From a virus (taxonomy: Duplodnaviria > Heunggongvirae > Uroviricota > Caudoviricetes): 50,324 bases of DNA. Within the stretch, counting starts at the first letter, position 1, and every line of letters starts with the position of its first letter. The position numbers and the translations under genes are program-made. The notes beneath the pieces were generated by a model that saw only the letters and a program-made list of their open reading frames with translations, did no database searches and had not been told where the DNA came from. The DNA lies in IMG/VR virus record IMGVR_UViG_2681813429_000008, positions 1-50,324 of that record; one strand, written 5' to 3'. Below, piece by piece: positions 10,384-21,508 of the stretch.

Positions 10384-11801
10384 TACTCGATCCTTATCTG
10401 GCAGCCAGACAGAGTGACAGGTGACTTCGTGATAACGCGCAATTTGAAGCCAATGTTTTTCCTGATGCGCCCGACACGCTTCCACAAAACGCGTTTGTCG
10501 TAAACGAACGGTTCATTCTGCTCAATCATCTGCTCACGTCCGTAATTGATGCCGTCAGTGGTTGCCGATAGGAACAGGCGGTCAGCGTACTGCGCAACGC
10601 CAGTTGAAGATTCAACTTCAAGGTCGAAAACTCTGGCGTTATCTGCTTTGAACAACGGAGTAAACAACAGGTGTTCCTGTTGCTTGTCGTACTGGCTGCT
10701 GATATCGAACTGCAATTTGCCGGTAACCGATTCCAGCTTATCGCCGCACGTTATCTGATTGCCTTCGTAAATGAAATCGATAGCGCGGTACACATCGTCA
10801 TACAGGCCTGTTTTCAGCACACACCATTGCGGACCATTGGCACTTGAAGATGCGTCGTACACGAGTACATGGCGCGGAAGGTGGATAATCAGCAGCTCAT
10901 GAGAATCAAACCGCAGCGATTCCATCACACCATCAGCCAGTTCATCAGCCGTGTAGGAGCGGAGAATTTTCTCAATGCTCGCGCTGGCGATTGGTGACAC
11001 CTGGCCGGAGCCGATGATATATACAGACGGTGCACCTGTTGCCGGATTGCTGATGAACGCATAAGAATCAGCAAACGGCGTTTTGCAGTAAGTCCCGGCG
11101 ATGCCTTTTTGCACCATCAGTGATGGCTGCGCGACATACAAAGCAGCACCAACGGTGGTTGCGCCAGTCAGGGAGAAATATTCAATAGTCGATGAACCAA
11201 AGCAGACGATGAAGTCTCGCCATGTTCCGATGCCGAGGATACCGTCCGGCTGCGATTCTGCGCGATATTGTGCGCTGTAACGGTCAGGATGCGATTCGTC
11301 TTCAAGGTCAGTGATAAACCATGAATCAGAGCCGTCTTTTGACCACGCATAACGCCCACGTAAGCGCGTAATGTCACGAACAGAACCTAACTCATACTGA
11401 GTGAATCCGCTGTCTGTAGGCCAGTTTGAGACGGTTTTAACCGTACCATCATAGCGATACTCGACCAGTTGACCATTAACGCCTACCGCCTGTGATGTTC
11501 GACCATGCGCCATTGATACGCGACCACTTCCGGCAACATTACCGACTTCGCTTTCTCCTTTGTACAGCTTGCCACCACACACGCGATAAACAGCATTCTG
11601 CGCCATGTTGTACTCGACGCCGCGCGATACACCGTTCACATCAGAGCGTTTGGCAATGCCCGGGAATGATCGAAGATATCCGCTGCTGTTGAGGATTTCT
11701 TTGGGTGTAGCCAGCATATTCACTGGCAGATAGTCGATATAGTCGGCGTTTCGAAAGTCTTTGCCGACACCTTTCATAAGCGGAAGTTGCTGAATCGGCA
11801 T
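10383..11801 (-). CDS. Tail accessory/head completion protein, P22 gp10
   Basis: 472 aa, near-identical in length and sequence ([11 protein letters not shown]...CQIRIE) to P22 gp10 as recalled. Confidence 0.9.
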   Translation of the reverse strand: MPIQQLPLMKGVGKDFRNADYIDYLPVNMLATPKEILNSSGYLRSFPGIAKRSDVNGVSRGVEYNMAQNAVYRVCGGKLYKGESEVGNVAGSGRVSMAHGRTSQAVGVNGQLVEYRYDGTVKTVSNWPTDSGFTQYELGSVRDITRLRGRYAWSKDGSDSWFITDLEDESHPDRYSAQYRAESQPDGILGIGTWRDFIVCFGSSTIEYFSLTGATTVGAALYVAQPSLMVQKGIAGTYCKTPFADSYAFISNPATGAPSVYIIGSGQVSPIASASIEKILRSYTADELADGVMESLRFDSHELLIIHLPRHVLVYDASSSANGPQWCVLKTGLYDDVYRAIDFIYEGNQITCGDKLESVTGKLQFDISSQYDKQQEHLLFTPLFKADNARVFDLEVESSTGVAQYADRLFLSATTDGINYGREQMIEQNEPFVYDKRVLWKRVGRIRKNIGFKLRVITKSPVTLSGCQIRIE

Positions 11802-11810
11802 TTATTCACC

Positions 11811-12272
11811 TCACGTACTCGGATCATCTTTCTCGATGTAAAACCGATTCCACGTAAACGCGCTTTTGTTACCACTACCGCGAGGCATGTCATTTCGCCG
11901 CTCAAGTGGTGGTATTTTGGTTAAAGCGATGCAGATTGTCTGATATGCACTGTCAGCAGCGGTAAGGAGAGCGTCTGACGGCTGAATGACGTTATCCATG
12001 CACACTTGCACAGCGAGTTTCAAAGCGACGCCATCATTTGCCCATGCAGGGATACCTGAATCATCGTCAGGTAACGGCATGATGCCGTTTTCTGTATCAG
12101 CAAACTGATATCCAAGCTCGATACCTTTAGCCTGCCATGCTGCCATCATGTCTTCGAGGTCATTAATGGCATCTTCAATTGCCTGAGGGTCAGCATCTGT
12201 CAACGTGGCATTGGAATACAGCCCGGCTTTTCGTAAAGCCTTAAGAACGAGATCACCCTTCGTTTTCGCCAT
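11811..12272 (-). CDS. Head completion protein, P22 gp4-like
   Basis: 153 aa. KTKGDLV.AALRK...ATLTD..PQ...DA..DLE.MMA motif shared with P22 gp4. Confidence 0.8.
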   Translation of the reverse strand: MAKTKGDLVLKALRKAGLYSNATLTDADPQAIEDAINDLEDMMAAWQAKGIELGYQFADTENGIMPLPDDDSGIPAWANDGVALKLAVQVCMDNVIQPSDALLTAADSAYQTICIALTKIPPLERRNDMPRGSGNKSAFTWNRFYIEKDDPST

Positions 12273-12441
12273 CTTCTTCCGCCTTAGCCACTTTATGCTT
12301 CGTTGCGGTTTCTTCAGGAGTTTTTACCCAGCCTTTTTTCAGGTGAGATTTAACTTCTTCGTCATCAACAATGATGTAATCGACAGCAAACTGACCACAG
12401 GTGATCATGTTGCCCGGCTTATAGAGCATTGTTCGTGCCAT
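12253..12441 (-). CDS. Hypothetical small protein between coat and gp4 genes
   Basis: Short ORF in the late operon; start chosen at internal MARTMLYKPG. No recognisable domain. Confidence 0.35.
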   Translation of the reverse strand: MARTMLYKPGNMITCGQFAVDYIIVDDEEVKSHLKKGWVKTPEETATKHKVAKAEEDGENEG

Positions 12442-12482
12442 TGTCTTCTCCCAATAAAAATGGGGCCGAAGCCCCACCAAAA

Positions 12483-13736
12483 TTACTGCCCGGCAATAAC
12501 GATGCCCGTATATTCAGGAACAAGTACAGAGCAACCGTACAGAGTGGTGAAACGAGCAGTGGTTACGCCTTTGATGTGATCGAAGGCGTAAGACATGATC
12601 AGCGTAGCGCCCTGCTCGGTGGTTGCTGTCATTACCTGTGGGCCCTGACCAGTCGGGAACGCCAGTTTGCCGTACATCAGCTCAACAGAACCATCAGCCC
12701 AGAACAGGTTCGCAGGTGCTGCGTTCTTGTTGAGAATGGTGATTGCTGCTGATGCTGCCGGTTTGGCATCGACGTTTGCATATGGACGACTCGCAACATC
12801 GGCATTTTCAACAGGGAGAATCTTTGGAGAGATTGTTACGGTAGTTCCGCTAACAGCCAGAACACGGAATACCTGCGGTTGCCCGGTGGTATCTTTTGTG
12901 ATCTGGTGTACGGAATTCACACCGGCAATGGTGAACGCATCACCAACCTGCAAGCCAGATGCAGATACCGTAATAGTCCCCTGTCGGTTATCAACTGGCA
13001 TACCATTTGAATCTTTCGCTTCAACCTTGTGTTCAGGTTGGCCTGATACTGTCAAGGATTCAGTGCTTCCTTTCGGTAATCGACCAGAAATATCGGTCTT
13101 GTAGCTATCAAAGGAAGCAACCGGAGGGATCTGCGCTTTTTCGTATGCTGTCAGGGTTGCGCCCTGAGCGTAGGCACGGTGACCAAGCTCGCCAGCAAGG
13201 TCTTTGTAGTTGAAGGGGTTCCAGAAAGAGCGACGGTTGATCCCCTGAGGTACACCAATCGCCGTCATGGTGGCATCAATATCTGCCGCACCATTCCACA
13301 AGGCAAGGCCCCGTGAGCCATTTTCTGAGGCAGGAATTGCGACCACGTTAGTAGCACGCTGCGTGACCATGGAAATCAGGTCAGAGTCAATCTGTGCAGC
13401 AAGGCGCATGCCTGCGGCTCGACCAGCTTCAGTTTTATGTTCCGGGTCACGCATTTCACGCGCATCCAGAGTGTACAGAATGTTTTTCGGCTCCTTGAAC
13501 ACAGAAGGAACAAGGCGCTGAACCAGTGCTGTTGGCGTTTTGCTGCTGAGATCGAGGCCTTCCTCAATGTTCATGTGGTAATGCTGCGGACGATACAGAA
13601 CATCACCTGCTCGCTGCATTGCTGTATCACCGGGACGGAATTTTTTAGCGTTACGGGAAACTACGCAGGCGGCCTCAAAGCCTTCAACGTAGTTTTCGAA
13701 CATGATTTCAAGGTCTTTTGCTAATTGGTTAGCCAT
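12483..13736 (-). CDS. Major coat protein (P22 gp5-like, HK97 fold with insertion domain)
   Basis: 417 aa, directly downstream of the scaffold gene. Length and position match P22/Sf6-type coat proteins. Confidence 0.8.
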   Translation of the reverse strand: MANQLAKDLEIMFENYVEGFEAACVVSRNAKKFRPGDTAMQRAGDVLYRPQHYHMNIEEGLDLSSKTPTALVQRLVPSVFKEPKNILYTLDAREMRDPEHKTEAGRAAGMRLAAQIDSDLISMVTQRATNVVAIPASENGSRGLALWNGAADIDATMTAIGVPQGINRRSFWNPFNYKDLAGELGHRAYAQGATLTAYEKAQIPPVASFDSYKTDISGRLPKGSTESLTVSGQPEHKVEAKDSNGMPVDNRQGTITVSASGLQVGDAFTIAGVNSVHQITKDTTGQPQVFRVLAVSGTTVTISPKILPVENADVASRPYANVDAKPAASAAITILNKNAAPANLFWADGSVELMYGKLAFPTGQGPQVMTATTEQGATLIMSYAFDHIKGVTTARFTTLYGCSVLVPEYTGIVIAGQ

Positions 13737-13754
13737 GCTTAATGCTCCGATAGG

Positions 13755-14648
13755 TTATTTTTTTGCCTTTTTAGCGGCGAAATACGGCGTCCAGTCACCA
13801 GTTTCCAGCGCCTTGGCTTTCAGTTTGTCGAGGTTGTTGATTACTGCGCCGTTGCTCCCCTTAACTGTCGGGGTTGTGGCTGCCGTGGTTTTTGCTTTTG
13901 GCATGATTCTGGCCTTCGATTCGATACGTTCCAGCAGACGACCAATTGCTACGGGGTTGGTAGCTTCTGCCAGTTGCTTGCGCAGTTCAGCGTTGCGACC
14001 GAGTGCCAGAACAACGATTTCCGGCTTCTCTGACTCAAACAGGATCGCGTTTTGTGTCTCGATGGGGATTTCCTCGAGTACGGCCTGCTCAGCTTCCTGA
14101 TAGCCAGGAACTTTGAGAGCCTTAACACGTTGCTGATATTTGGATAATCGCTCTTGATAGGCAGCCTGAAGCTCCTGCTCCTTCTGCTTGCGAGCCATCT
14201 CCTGTTGCTGGTACTTGCCGTTATCCTCTGCCCACTTAGCCATGCGTTGCTGATAGATTTCTTCATCGAAACCGATGTCCTCATCATCCAGTTTTGGCAT
14301 TCGCGGTGGTTGAGTGATTACCGGCTGCTGCTCGACGGGTTTCTGAGACTGACGCATCAGCTCTTTCAGCTCGCGGTCTTTCTCTTTAATCGTCTTGCGC
14401 AGGTGTTTTACCAGTCCATGCTCTGCGCTATCTTCGCTGGTTGGCGAATCCAGCTTTTCGTCACCAAAGTAGAATTCCTGTTCTGATTCGTCGTCATCAG
14501 TTTCAGTAGCTTCCTCTGCATCATTGCCAGAGGACTCACTGCCATCTTCTGTTTCGACTTCTTCAGCCAGTTCGACATCATCAGGAATCTGCTCTGATGT
14601 ATCGGTTTCGATTTCAACTTCTGGTGTGTTTTCTGCCATCTGGTCCAT
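13755..14648 (-). CDS. Scaffolding protein (P22 gp8-like)
   Basis: 297 aa, highly acidic N-terminus and charged helical protein, between portal and coat genes. Confidence 0.8.
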   Translation of the reverse strand: MDQMAENTPEVEIETDTSEQIPDDVELAEEVETEDGSESSGNDAEEATETDDDESEQEFYFGDEKLDSPTSEDSAEHGLVKHLRKTIKEKDRELKELMRQSQKPVEQQPVITQPPRMPKLDDEDIGFDEEIYQQRMAKWAEDNGKYQQQEMARKQKEQELQAAYQERLSKYQQRVKALKVPGYQEAEQAVLEEIPIETQNAILFESEKPEIVVLALGRNAELRKQLAEATNPVAIGRLLERIESKARIMPKAKTTAATTPTVKGSNGAVINNLDKLKAKALETGDWTPYFAAKKAKK

Positions 14649-14738
14649 TTGTTACCCCTGTTTACTCGATGTTCAGCCCATCGGAAGGCAATAGGGTGCC
14701 AGGCCTCATAAAGACAGCCATTGCACGTTATGGGTTAA

Positions 14739-16937
14739 TTACTGCTGTGGTTGTTGCTGAGTTGATTTTTGCAGGATGCTGCTGATGTCCATGCGCAGCG
14801 CATGGCCCTGTGCCTGACTTTTCAGGACAAGCTCTGCATCAGCACGGGCATTGTCTCCTTGCTGTTGCTGGAACTGTCCGAGCAGTTTCAGCGCCTCACG
14901 GATATCAGATTTCTGCTGACTATCGGCAGATGCGAGTATTTTCACAACATTTGCCGCTGCAACCTGAGCATCAGTCTGTGCCTGGAATGCTTTAACCTGA
15001 ATGGCTGCCTGTTCGTTCTGCGCTTTCTGCAATTCAGCCTGACCAGCAAGAAGCTGACCTTGCGCTGCAACCATAGCCGGATCTGGCTGACTGGCCTGTT
15101 GTTGTTTCGCCTGTTCAACCATCTGCTGTTCTTCTGGCGTTCTCGGCTTGATAACTCCAGACAGAAGCAACTGATTGCGGTTGTATTCTTTAAGGTCGTC
15201 CATCCCTTCGCCGTCCATATTGTCGAGGATCATCGACGATACAAGGTCGTGTTTCGGCGTTCCGGGCGGGATAAGTGCCAGCATGGAAAGTAACGACTTA
15301 ACCGTTGCATCACGGCGAGTAGCGAACGACTGACCAACATCGACAGTCACTTCATAGTTACCCTGCGAAAGGTCGTTAAGCGCGATAACCTGCCCTGTCT
15401 GACGGTCAACCACTTCACCAGTCATTAGCGCCACGTCATCGCTGCCGTCCTCATTAACGATACGCATCGGCGTATCACTGCCATAGACTTCACGAGCCAT
15501 AGAAAGCCACACGACGCCAGCACGGCGCATGGATTTAGCCATGTTGTCCATGTAGATATAGGACTGCGTGTCCATCCGGTTAAAGATGCTATCAACGGTA
15601 TCGGTAGCGACGTTGCTCGGCATGTTCTCAAGCTGCGACGCACCTGTAATTTGCTGAATAGCCGTTCCGGTGTACTGCAATAGCCCGGCAAGAGCAGGAG
15701 GCATTTGTGTCGGAGGTGTCCAGCCAGCAACCTGAGCCTCTGAAATGACCGTTCCGTTTTTGTCCTTCTTGCTGGTCATGGGAAGAACTGCAGGTCTTTT
15801 CTTATTCCTCTCTGCCCAGTGATTCATTAATGGGCCGGGAATGAAATCAACATCCACGATAGGAATGCCATCACCGCCAGCCTGAGTAGCGTTATCTGCA
15901 ATCATGGAAACCATCAGGTTCTCAAGACGCTGTGCATCCATCGCTTTTGCTGCGTGGCCTTCGATTCGCTCCTGATTATCAACAAATGAGCGACGCCCAT
16001 ATACCGGGATGAGAGGAATATGTTCACCCGGAATACGCTTCGGTTCTTCCAGCCATTCAGCGCCAGACAGAAGACCGCAATAAACTCTGCGTTTCTTCAC
16101 TGTCCGCTCGCCAATCAGTTCGAATGCACCATCGGTCAGCTCGTCGACAATATCTTTGATTTGCTCTTCATCATAGATTGCCGTTTCTCCGCTGACAGGA
16201 TTGCGCCACGCCGTGAGCTTCACCTTCTCTATGCGAACTTCGTAGTAGCGTCCAACATAGATGGCATCAGGCGTTGACCAGTCATATTGAGTGCCAGTGT
16301 CATCACGAGGAAGGCTTGCCGCGATGGAATCAGGGTATTCAGCCTCGAACGCTTTAGGCGTCATGGAGAACATTTCCATAGCCCACATAGCATCAGAGCG
16401 GTCATATTGCTTGCTGTCCTGATCGAAGAAGACGCATGTCGCTGGGTCGTAAACAGGAAGAAGGCTGATGCGTCGCTGCTCGTTACTCGGATCCATTTCA
16501 TCTTCGTAATCGGCACACATGCGGAAACAACCGAATCCGCCCGTTACAGCATCATCAAATGCGTTATCACACGCTTCGCCACCGGATGTTTCCTGATAGT
16601 CAGCGCGGAATTTGCCGTTCATCTTTTCGGCTAACGCTTCCGATGCCTTATCGTCCTTCGGCCTGAATTTAACGCTGATGCGATTCTGTCGATACTCGCC
16701 AATGATGCGATCACATTCACGGGCAATCTTATTCAGTTCAAAGCGCGGATAATGCTCAAACCTGCCCTCATCAAACGAGTAACCAGCGTTTGTGCTACCT
16801 TCCCACTGTGCGCCGGACACCCTGACGAAACGTTGAGCCTCAATAATCTGCTCACGCATATCCTGCGTTGCTGACCAGGCATTATCAAAGTTGCACAGCA
16901 CCTTGCGATGCCAGTCAGCCATCTTTTTTTCTGCCAT
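14739..16937 (-). CDS. Portal protein (P22 gp1-like)
   Basis: 732 aa. Extensive similarity to the P22 portal as recalled, including the Gln-rich C-terminal barrel (EEQQ..EQAKQ...DPAMV.AQG.LL.GQAEL.KAQN). Confidence 0.9.
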   Translation of the reverse strand: MAEKKMADWHRKVLCNFDNAWSATQDMREQIIEAQRFVRVSGAQWEGSTNAGYSFDEGRFEHYPRFELNKIARECDRIIGEYRQNRISVKFRPKDDKASEALAEKMNGKFRADYQETSGGEACDNAFDDAVTGGFGCFRMCADYEDEMDPSNEQRRISLLPVYDPATCVFFDQDSKQYDRSDAMWAMEMFSMTPKAFEAEYPDSIAASLPRDDTGTQYDWSTPDAIYVGRYYEVRIEKVKLTAWRNPVSGETAIYDEEQIKDIVDELTDGAFELIGERTVKKRRVYCGLLSGAEWLEEPKRIPGEHIPLIPVYGRRSFVDNQERIEGHAAKAMDAQRLENLMVSMIADNATQAGGDGIPIVDVDFIPGPLMNHWAERNKKRPAVLPMTSKKDKNGTVISEAQVAGWTPPTQMPPALAGLLQYTGTAIQQITGASQLENMPSNVATDTVDSIFNRMDTQSYIYMDNMAKSMRRAGVVWLSMAREVYGSDTPMRIVNEDGSDDVALMTGEVVDRQTGQVIALNDLSQGNYEVTVDVGQSFATRRDATVKSLLSMLALIPPGTPKHDLVSSMILDNMDGEGMDDLKEYNRNQLLLSGVIKPRTPEEQQMVEQAKQQQASQPDPAMVAAQGQLLAGQAELQKAQNEQAAIQVKAFQAQTDAQVAAANVVKILASADSQQKSDIREALKLLGQFQQQQGDNARADAELVLKSQAQGHALRMDISSILQKSTQQQPQQ

Positions 16938-16938
16938 A

Positions 16939-18354
16939 TCAACCTACACCACAAGGAATTGAGTAACTGGAATAGTCGGGTTGCGCAGCCGACTCCGGGC
17001 AATGCATACACATCATCAGCGCATCAGCCAGGTTAGGAGATGGAATACCGAGCTTCTGCTTCATTTCGACCTTAGTCATTAGCTCCAGCTTCCCGTTGTT
17101 ATTGAATTTGCGCTGAATCTGCGTCAGTTCTGCAAACAGCTTCTCCAGCATCTTCTCGCCTATCGCTTCTTTGTCGAAACTCAGCATGTCGTCGGGGTCT
17201 GCATACTCACCATGAACAACCGCCCGATATGTCAGATACAGCCTGTCAGCCAGCGCGTAATAGAATTGCGCTCGCTTATTGCGGAATACATCGCCAATAG
17301 TGCGAACGTTGTCGCCCTGTACGACTTCATCGGCCCATGCTCCGGCCTGATACGGTGCATCTTCATCGAATGGCGATTCGCTGCCCTTGAACATCGTGGC
17401 GGTGATTTTCTTGCCGGAGAACGCTTCCGTTGTCTGTCTGCGTAGCCCGGCACCAACACCATCACCATCCCACAGGTAGTGGTCAGCGCCGTCTTCAATC
17501 GCCAGCGAAGTAGCCCAGTCAGCACCATCGTTGATGTCCATCAGCAGACCTTCGGCAATGCGCTTAACTACCGAACCGTGGCGCGATGCGTAACCTTTAG
17601 CATCTGGCCCTGTATCTGACGGGTCATGTGCAGAAACAACAGCGCCTTTCGCTTTCCATCCGAGTTTCTTGTGCGCATCGGTTGCAGCTTCAAGCCATTC
17701 ACGTTTGATGATTGCCATATCACTTGCGCTTACCGGCTCACCCAGCCAGATGTGACGATACAGTGTCGGATTTCTGCGTTTGCACTCTTCCATCTCCAGA
17801 CGGAGAACTTCAGGAAAGTGCGGGTTGTCGGTGTAGTTCACCGTCAGCAGACAAATATCATCAGGAGGATTTACGACGAATCGCTGATAGGTATCGTCGA
17901 GGATGTTCTTCGGGTTAAAGCTCACCCATATTTCAGAGAACGGCTTACGGATGGTTGGAATCAGGATATCCCATGATTCCTTCGTTACCGCTTCCGCTTC
18001 TTCCACCCAGCAGATATCAATGCCTTCGAGCGATTTAATCTTCGTCGGGTTGTTTTTGATGCCGTAGAACATGAATTCAGCATTCGTTCCGAGATGACGA
18101 ATCATTGAACGCTGAATTTCAAACTCAGCCGAATACCCTTCACGCTCGATGGTATCTTCAAGCAACCGGATTACAGAATCGCTGATACTGTTTTGCAGTT
18201 CACGAGCGCAAAGAATACGCACAGGCTGCCGACGTGCCGCCTCAACAAGCAGCCTCGCAATTGCCCATGATTTACCGCTACCTCGACCGCCTTTGGCGAC
18301 TTTGTAGCGATGCGCCTCAATGAACGGTTCAAAGATAGGATTAATCGAGGTCAT
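16939..18354 (-). CDS. Terminase large subunit
   Basis: 471 aa. Walker A motif (KGGRGSGKS) near the N-terminus and nuclease-type C-terminal half. Immediately upstream of portal. Confidence 0.9.
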   Translation of the reverse strand: MTSINPIFEPFIEAHRYKVAKGGRGSGKSWAIARLLVEAARRQPVRILCARELQNSISDSVIRLLEDTIEREGYSAEFEIQRSMIRHLGTNAEFMFYGIKNNPTKIKSLEGIDICWVEEAEAVTKESWDILIPTIRKPFSEIWVSFNPKNILDDTYQRFVVNPPDDICLLTVNYTDNPHFPEVLRLEMEECKRRNPTLYRHIWLGEPVSASDMAIIKREWLEAATDAHKKLGWKAKGAVVSAHDPSDTGPDAKGYASRHGSVVKRIAEGLLMDINDGADWATSLAIEDGADHYLWDGDGVGAGLRRQTTEAFSGKKITATMFKGSESPFDEDAPYQAGAWADEVVQGDNVRTIGDVFRNKRAQFYYALADRLYLTYRAVVHGEYADPDDMLSFDKEAIGEKMLEKLFAELTQIQRKFNNNGKLELMTKVEMKQKLGIPSPNLADALMMCMHCPESAAQPDYSSYSIPCGVG

Positions 18355-18791
18355 TTTCCGAATAGAGTACTCATCGGTGATGTTTCAATCTGAATTGCGC
18401 CGCCGTCTTTGCCTGTTAGCTCGTGATCAACCTTGTCGCGCCATTTATCCTTCTGTCGGTTCTTAAGCCAGAAGATGGCGGCGGTTGTATCAGGCGGGTA
18501 ATACTTCTCAAGCGGAGTTTCGACAATTCTGTTTTCAATAACACGAATATCGATGTCTGGAGCCACAAAGCCCATAGCGCGTTGATAAAGACGGTCACTA
18601 ACTTCTGCATCAGCGACGGCCTTACCCTTTTTTATGGACTCCGAAAACTTAGGATAATCAAGCTTCCACTTGTTAATAGTTGACTCACTGACTTCAAAGA
18701 AATCAGCAAGTTCTGCATCGGTGTAGCCCAGCAAGCACAGTTTGCGTGCCTGTTCGGCATACGCCTCTTGATACTTTGTTGGGCGCGCCAT
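18351..18791 (-). CDS. Terminase small subunit
   Basis: 146 aa with N-terminal HTH-like region (MARPTKYQEAYAEQARKL...), overlaps the terminase large subunit start. Confidence 0.75.
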   Translation of the reverse strand: MARPTKYQEAYAEQARKLCLLGYTDAELADFFEVSESTINKWKLDYPKFSESIKKGKAVADAEVSDRLYQRAMGFVAPDIDIRVIENRIVETPLEKYYPPDTTAAIFWLKNRQKDKWRDKVDHELTGKDGGAIQIETSPMSTLFGK

Positions 18792-18793
18792 GT

Positions 18794-19036
18794 TTATGCT
18801 CCGGTAGTGAACAGGTCTAACGCTTCCTTCGATTTACGTACCGCTTCGATAGTGCGGGTCGTGATATCTGAATTAGCGCCGCCTGACTGGAAGTGAATTT
18901 TGAATAGCTCAAGCTTCAGCTCGTCAGTACCAATGAACTGAAATGCTTCCTCTGCGGCTGCGTTCTGGTTCATGACCAGTTTGTAAATCTCTAACTGGAA
19001 TTTCTGTTCTTCAGTCATGGGAATAATCTCTGCCAT
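18794..19036 (-). CDS. Hypothetical phage protein
   Basis: 80 aa ORF upstream of the small terminase gene in the same orientation. Confidence 0.5.
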   Translation of the reverse strand: MAEIIPMTEEQKFQLEIYKLVMNQNAAAEEAFQFIGTDELKLELFKIHFQSGGANSDITTRTIEAVRKSKEALDLFTTGA

Positions 19037-19331
19037 TGTTGGCTCCGTTTATCCGTTAAAAGGGATATCAGTTAAGTTATCCCGTGTAGGGTATAAGCCA
19101 TTGTCGAGACCACTCATTGAATGGTCTCTGCAATAACCGATGTCTTTCCATCAGTCCGCCACCACAAAGAATCTTTTTTGCCATCAGGCAGGAGGTTCAT
19201 CTTTCAGTGGCTGCCAGTGTTATTTCCCCACTTACTGGCTTGGGTTGTTTCGCTGTACTGCCGTTAATTAGTGACCAGAAATTAACTCCGGTTTCATTAT
19301 CAAGCCCACCCGTAGATGGGCTTTGTAATGG

Positions 19332-19595
19332 CTACTTCACTTTTGCTTTTGCTTCCGCTCGCTTACGCCGGCGCTCTTCTTTCCTCTCGGCTTTTGCCAT
19401 GTCCATGAATGCCTGCATGATCGAGTTCCGCATCATGTAGCTAACAAAGTGATGATTGACACAGCCGTTGAGGCGCAGCTGCTCGCCAAACTCATCCACC
19501 GAGGCCAATGCTTCCATCATGCCCTTCTCGCCTTTCATGAACTCTGAGAAGTCGCGCCCCGCTCTGGAGGCGCATTCAATAACACGATCACTCAT
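19332..19595 (-). CDS. Hypothetical phage protein (basic C-terminus)
   Basis: 87 aa ORF, translationally coupled to the upstream KilA-N gene. Confidence 0.5.
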   Translation of the reverse strand: MSDRVIECASRAGRDFSEFMKGEKGMMEALASVDEFGEQLRLNGCVNHHFVSYMMRNSIMQAFMDMAKAERKEERRRKRAEAKAKVK

Positions 19596-20089
19596 CCCGG
19601 AAGCCCGGGGATCGTAATCTGCAGCTGGTTAGCCAGGGAGTTAATCTCAGCGACCAACACTGGCTTCGTATAGCGCCATGCTGCCAGCCCTTGTCCGCAG
19701 AAGCTCGCCATGTCTTTCTTCTGGTCAAACTCATGACATTTCATGTTGAGCTGCGCACTTAAGCTGTTGCGATGCTGAAGTTCTCCGGTGAAGTAGTCAT
19801 CGAGAACTTTATAGGCCGCGTACTTGAACCCGGGGTTTAACCAAGCCGCATAATCGTAAGCAACAAACTTCCCGCCATATGTTCCACCGTGTACACCGCG
19901 CTCAGTAAAAACCACAGATTCGTGGTTTTTCTCCAGCTCGGCTAAGAACTCTTTGGTCTGCTTGTTTCGCAGGTAGTGGTAAGGCGATTCAGATTCACTT
20001 TTACCACTGGCTTTCCACATATCAGTGAGGCAGATCATGCCATCTTCACCGATACGAATTGGTTGATTGAAGAGGGTTAATGATTTCAT
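19592..20089 (-). CDS. KilA-N domain protein
   Basis: 165 aa. N-terminal LTLFNQPIRIGEDGMICLTDMWKASG resembles the KilA-N DNA-binding domain. Confidence 0.6.
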   Translation of the reverse strand: MKSLTLFNQPIRIGEDGMICLTDMWKASGKSESESPYHYLRNKQTKEFLAELEKNHESVVFTERGVHGGTYGGKFVAYDYAAWLNPGFKYAAYKVLDDYFTGELQHRNSLSAQLNMKCHEFDQKKDMASFCGQGLAAWRYTKPVLVAEINSLANQLQITIPGLPG

Positions 20090-20233
20090 AGCGTGTACCT
20101 ACTCTTTGAAATGAACCTTTGCCGCACAGGAAACCAGCCCACCGAGGCTCGCCAGCACTAACTGGTATCCTCAAAGGCCCATTCCAAAGGGGCAGGTTCG
20201 GTGTAAAAAACATGCGTTGCGGTACGCATTTAT

Positions 20234-20258
20234 TGCAAAAAGCCCCGCATCGCGAGGC
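20234..20258 (-). terminator. Intrinsic terminator downstream of Rz
   Basis: Hairpin GCCTCGCGATGCGGGGC followed by TTTTT on the minus strand, ~35 nt after the Rz stop. Confidence 0.5.
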
Positions 20259-20290
20259 TCATTAAATTGACTTTGTGATTTGCAAAAAAA

Positions 20291-20728
20291 TTATTTCAGG
20301 CACTGAGTCCTGATGTACTCCTGCAGGTAGTTAACCTGCGCGGTTATCTTGTCGATTCCACTTCGGAGACGGTAATAATTGAGTTCAGCATCTGCTGTAA
20401 GTCTTGGGATTTCTCCATCGCCCATGCTGCTGGCTCCGGTCGTTGACTTTGCACAGGTGGCGGCGACTTGCAGGCGCTTACGCCCAGCAGAAACATCAGC
20501 ACGGAGGCTTTCGATAGTCGCGTTAGCATCAGCAAGCTCCTTTGTGTATCTGGCGTCAAGTTCTGCTACATCACGTTGACGCTTCTGCATGTCAGCGATG
20601 ATGGATGTGGCTTTGTCGCGCTGGGCTTTGTAGGCGATGGCGTTATCCCGGTAATGATTAACAGCCCATGACAGACAGACGATGATGCAGATAACCAGAG
20701 CGGAGATAATCGCGGTGACTCTGCTCAT
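20291..20728 (-). CDS. Rz: i-spanin Rz
   Basis: 145 aa, N-terminal transmembrane segment then coiled coil, downstream of the endolysin gene. Confidence 0.85.
   Translation of the reverse strand: MSRVTAIISALVICIIVCLSWAVNHYRDNAIAYKAQRDKATSIIADMQKRQRDVAELDARYTKELADANATIESLRADVSAGRKRLQVAATCAKSTTGASSMGDGEIPRLTADAELNYYRLRSGIDKITAQVNYLQEYIRTQCLK
20344..20529 (-). CDS. Rz1: o-spanin Rz1 (embedded in Rz, +1 frame)
   Basis: Embedded ORF with lipobox (LLGVSAC) and Pro-rich region ([13 protein letters not shown]). Start chosen at internal Met. Confidence 0.7.
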   Translation of the reverse strand: MLTRLSKASVLMFLLGVSACKSPPPVQSQRPEPAAWAMEKSQDLQQMLNSIITVSEVESTR

Positions 20729-21201
20729 ACCTCAATCTCTCTGACCGTTCCGCCTGCTTCTTTGAATTTTGCAATCAGGTTGTCAGCCTTATGCTCGAAC
20801 TGACCATAACCAGCACCCGGCAGTGAAGCCCAGATATTGCTGCAACGGTCGATTGCCTGACGGATATCACCGCGATCAATCATCGGTAAAGCGCCACGCT
20901 CTTTAATCTGCTGCAATGCCACAGCGTCCTGGCTTTTCGGAGAGAAGTCTTTCAGGCCAAGCTGCTTACGATAGGCATCCCACCAACGGGAAAGAAGCTG
21001 GTAACGTCCGGCGGCTGTTGATTTGAGTTTTGGGTTTAGCGTGACAAGTTTGCGAGGGTGATCGGAGTAATCAGTGAATAACTCTCCGCCAACAATGACG
21101 TCATAACCATGATTTCTGGTTTTCTGTCGTCCGTTATCAGTTCCCTCTGACCACGCCAGCATATCGAGGAACGCCTTACGTTGATTATTGATTTCCACCA
21201 T
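20725..21201 (-). CDS. R: Endolysin R (lambda-type lytic transglycosylase)
   Basis: 158 aa, matches lambda R as recalled ([24 protein letters not shown]...). Confidence 0.9.
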   Translation of the reverse strand: MVEINNQRKAFLDMLAWSEGTDNGRQKTRNHGYDVIVGGELFTDYSDHPRKLVTLNPKLKSTAAGRYQLLSRWWDAYRKQLGLKDFSPKSQDAVALQQIKERGALPMIDRGDIRQAIDRCSNIWASLPGAGYGQFEHKADNLIAKFKEAGGTVREIEV

Positions 21202-21508
21202 CTTCTACTCCGGCTTTTTTAGCAGCGAAGCGTTTGATAAGCGAACCAATCGAGTCAGTACCGATGTAGCCGATGAACACGCTCGTTATATAAGCGAGAT
21301 TGCTACTTAGTCCGGCGAAGTCGAGAAGGTCACGAATGAACCAGGCGATGATGGCGCACATCGTTGCGTCGATTACTGTTTTTGTAAACGCACCGCCATT
21401 ATATCTGCCGCGAAGGTACGCCATTGCAAACGCAAGGATTGCCCCGATGCCTTGTTCCTTTGCCGCGAGAATGGCGGCTAACAGGTCATGTTTTTCTGGC
21501 ATCTTCAT
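21185..21508 (-). CDS. S: Holin S (lambda S105/S107 type)
   Basis: 107 aa, essentially the lambda S sequence ([22 protein letters not shown]...), with the dual-start MKM motif. Confidence 0.95.
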   Translation of the reverse strand: MKMPEKHDLLAAILAAKEQGIGAILAFAMAYLRGRYNGGAFTKTVIDATMCAIIAWFIRDLLDFAGLSSNLAYITSVFIGYIGTDSIGSLIKRFAAKKAGVEDGGNQ

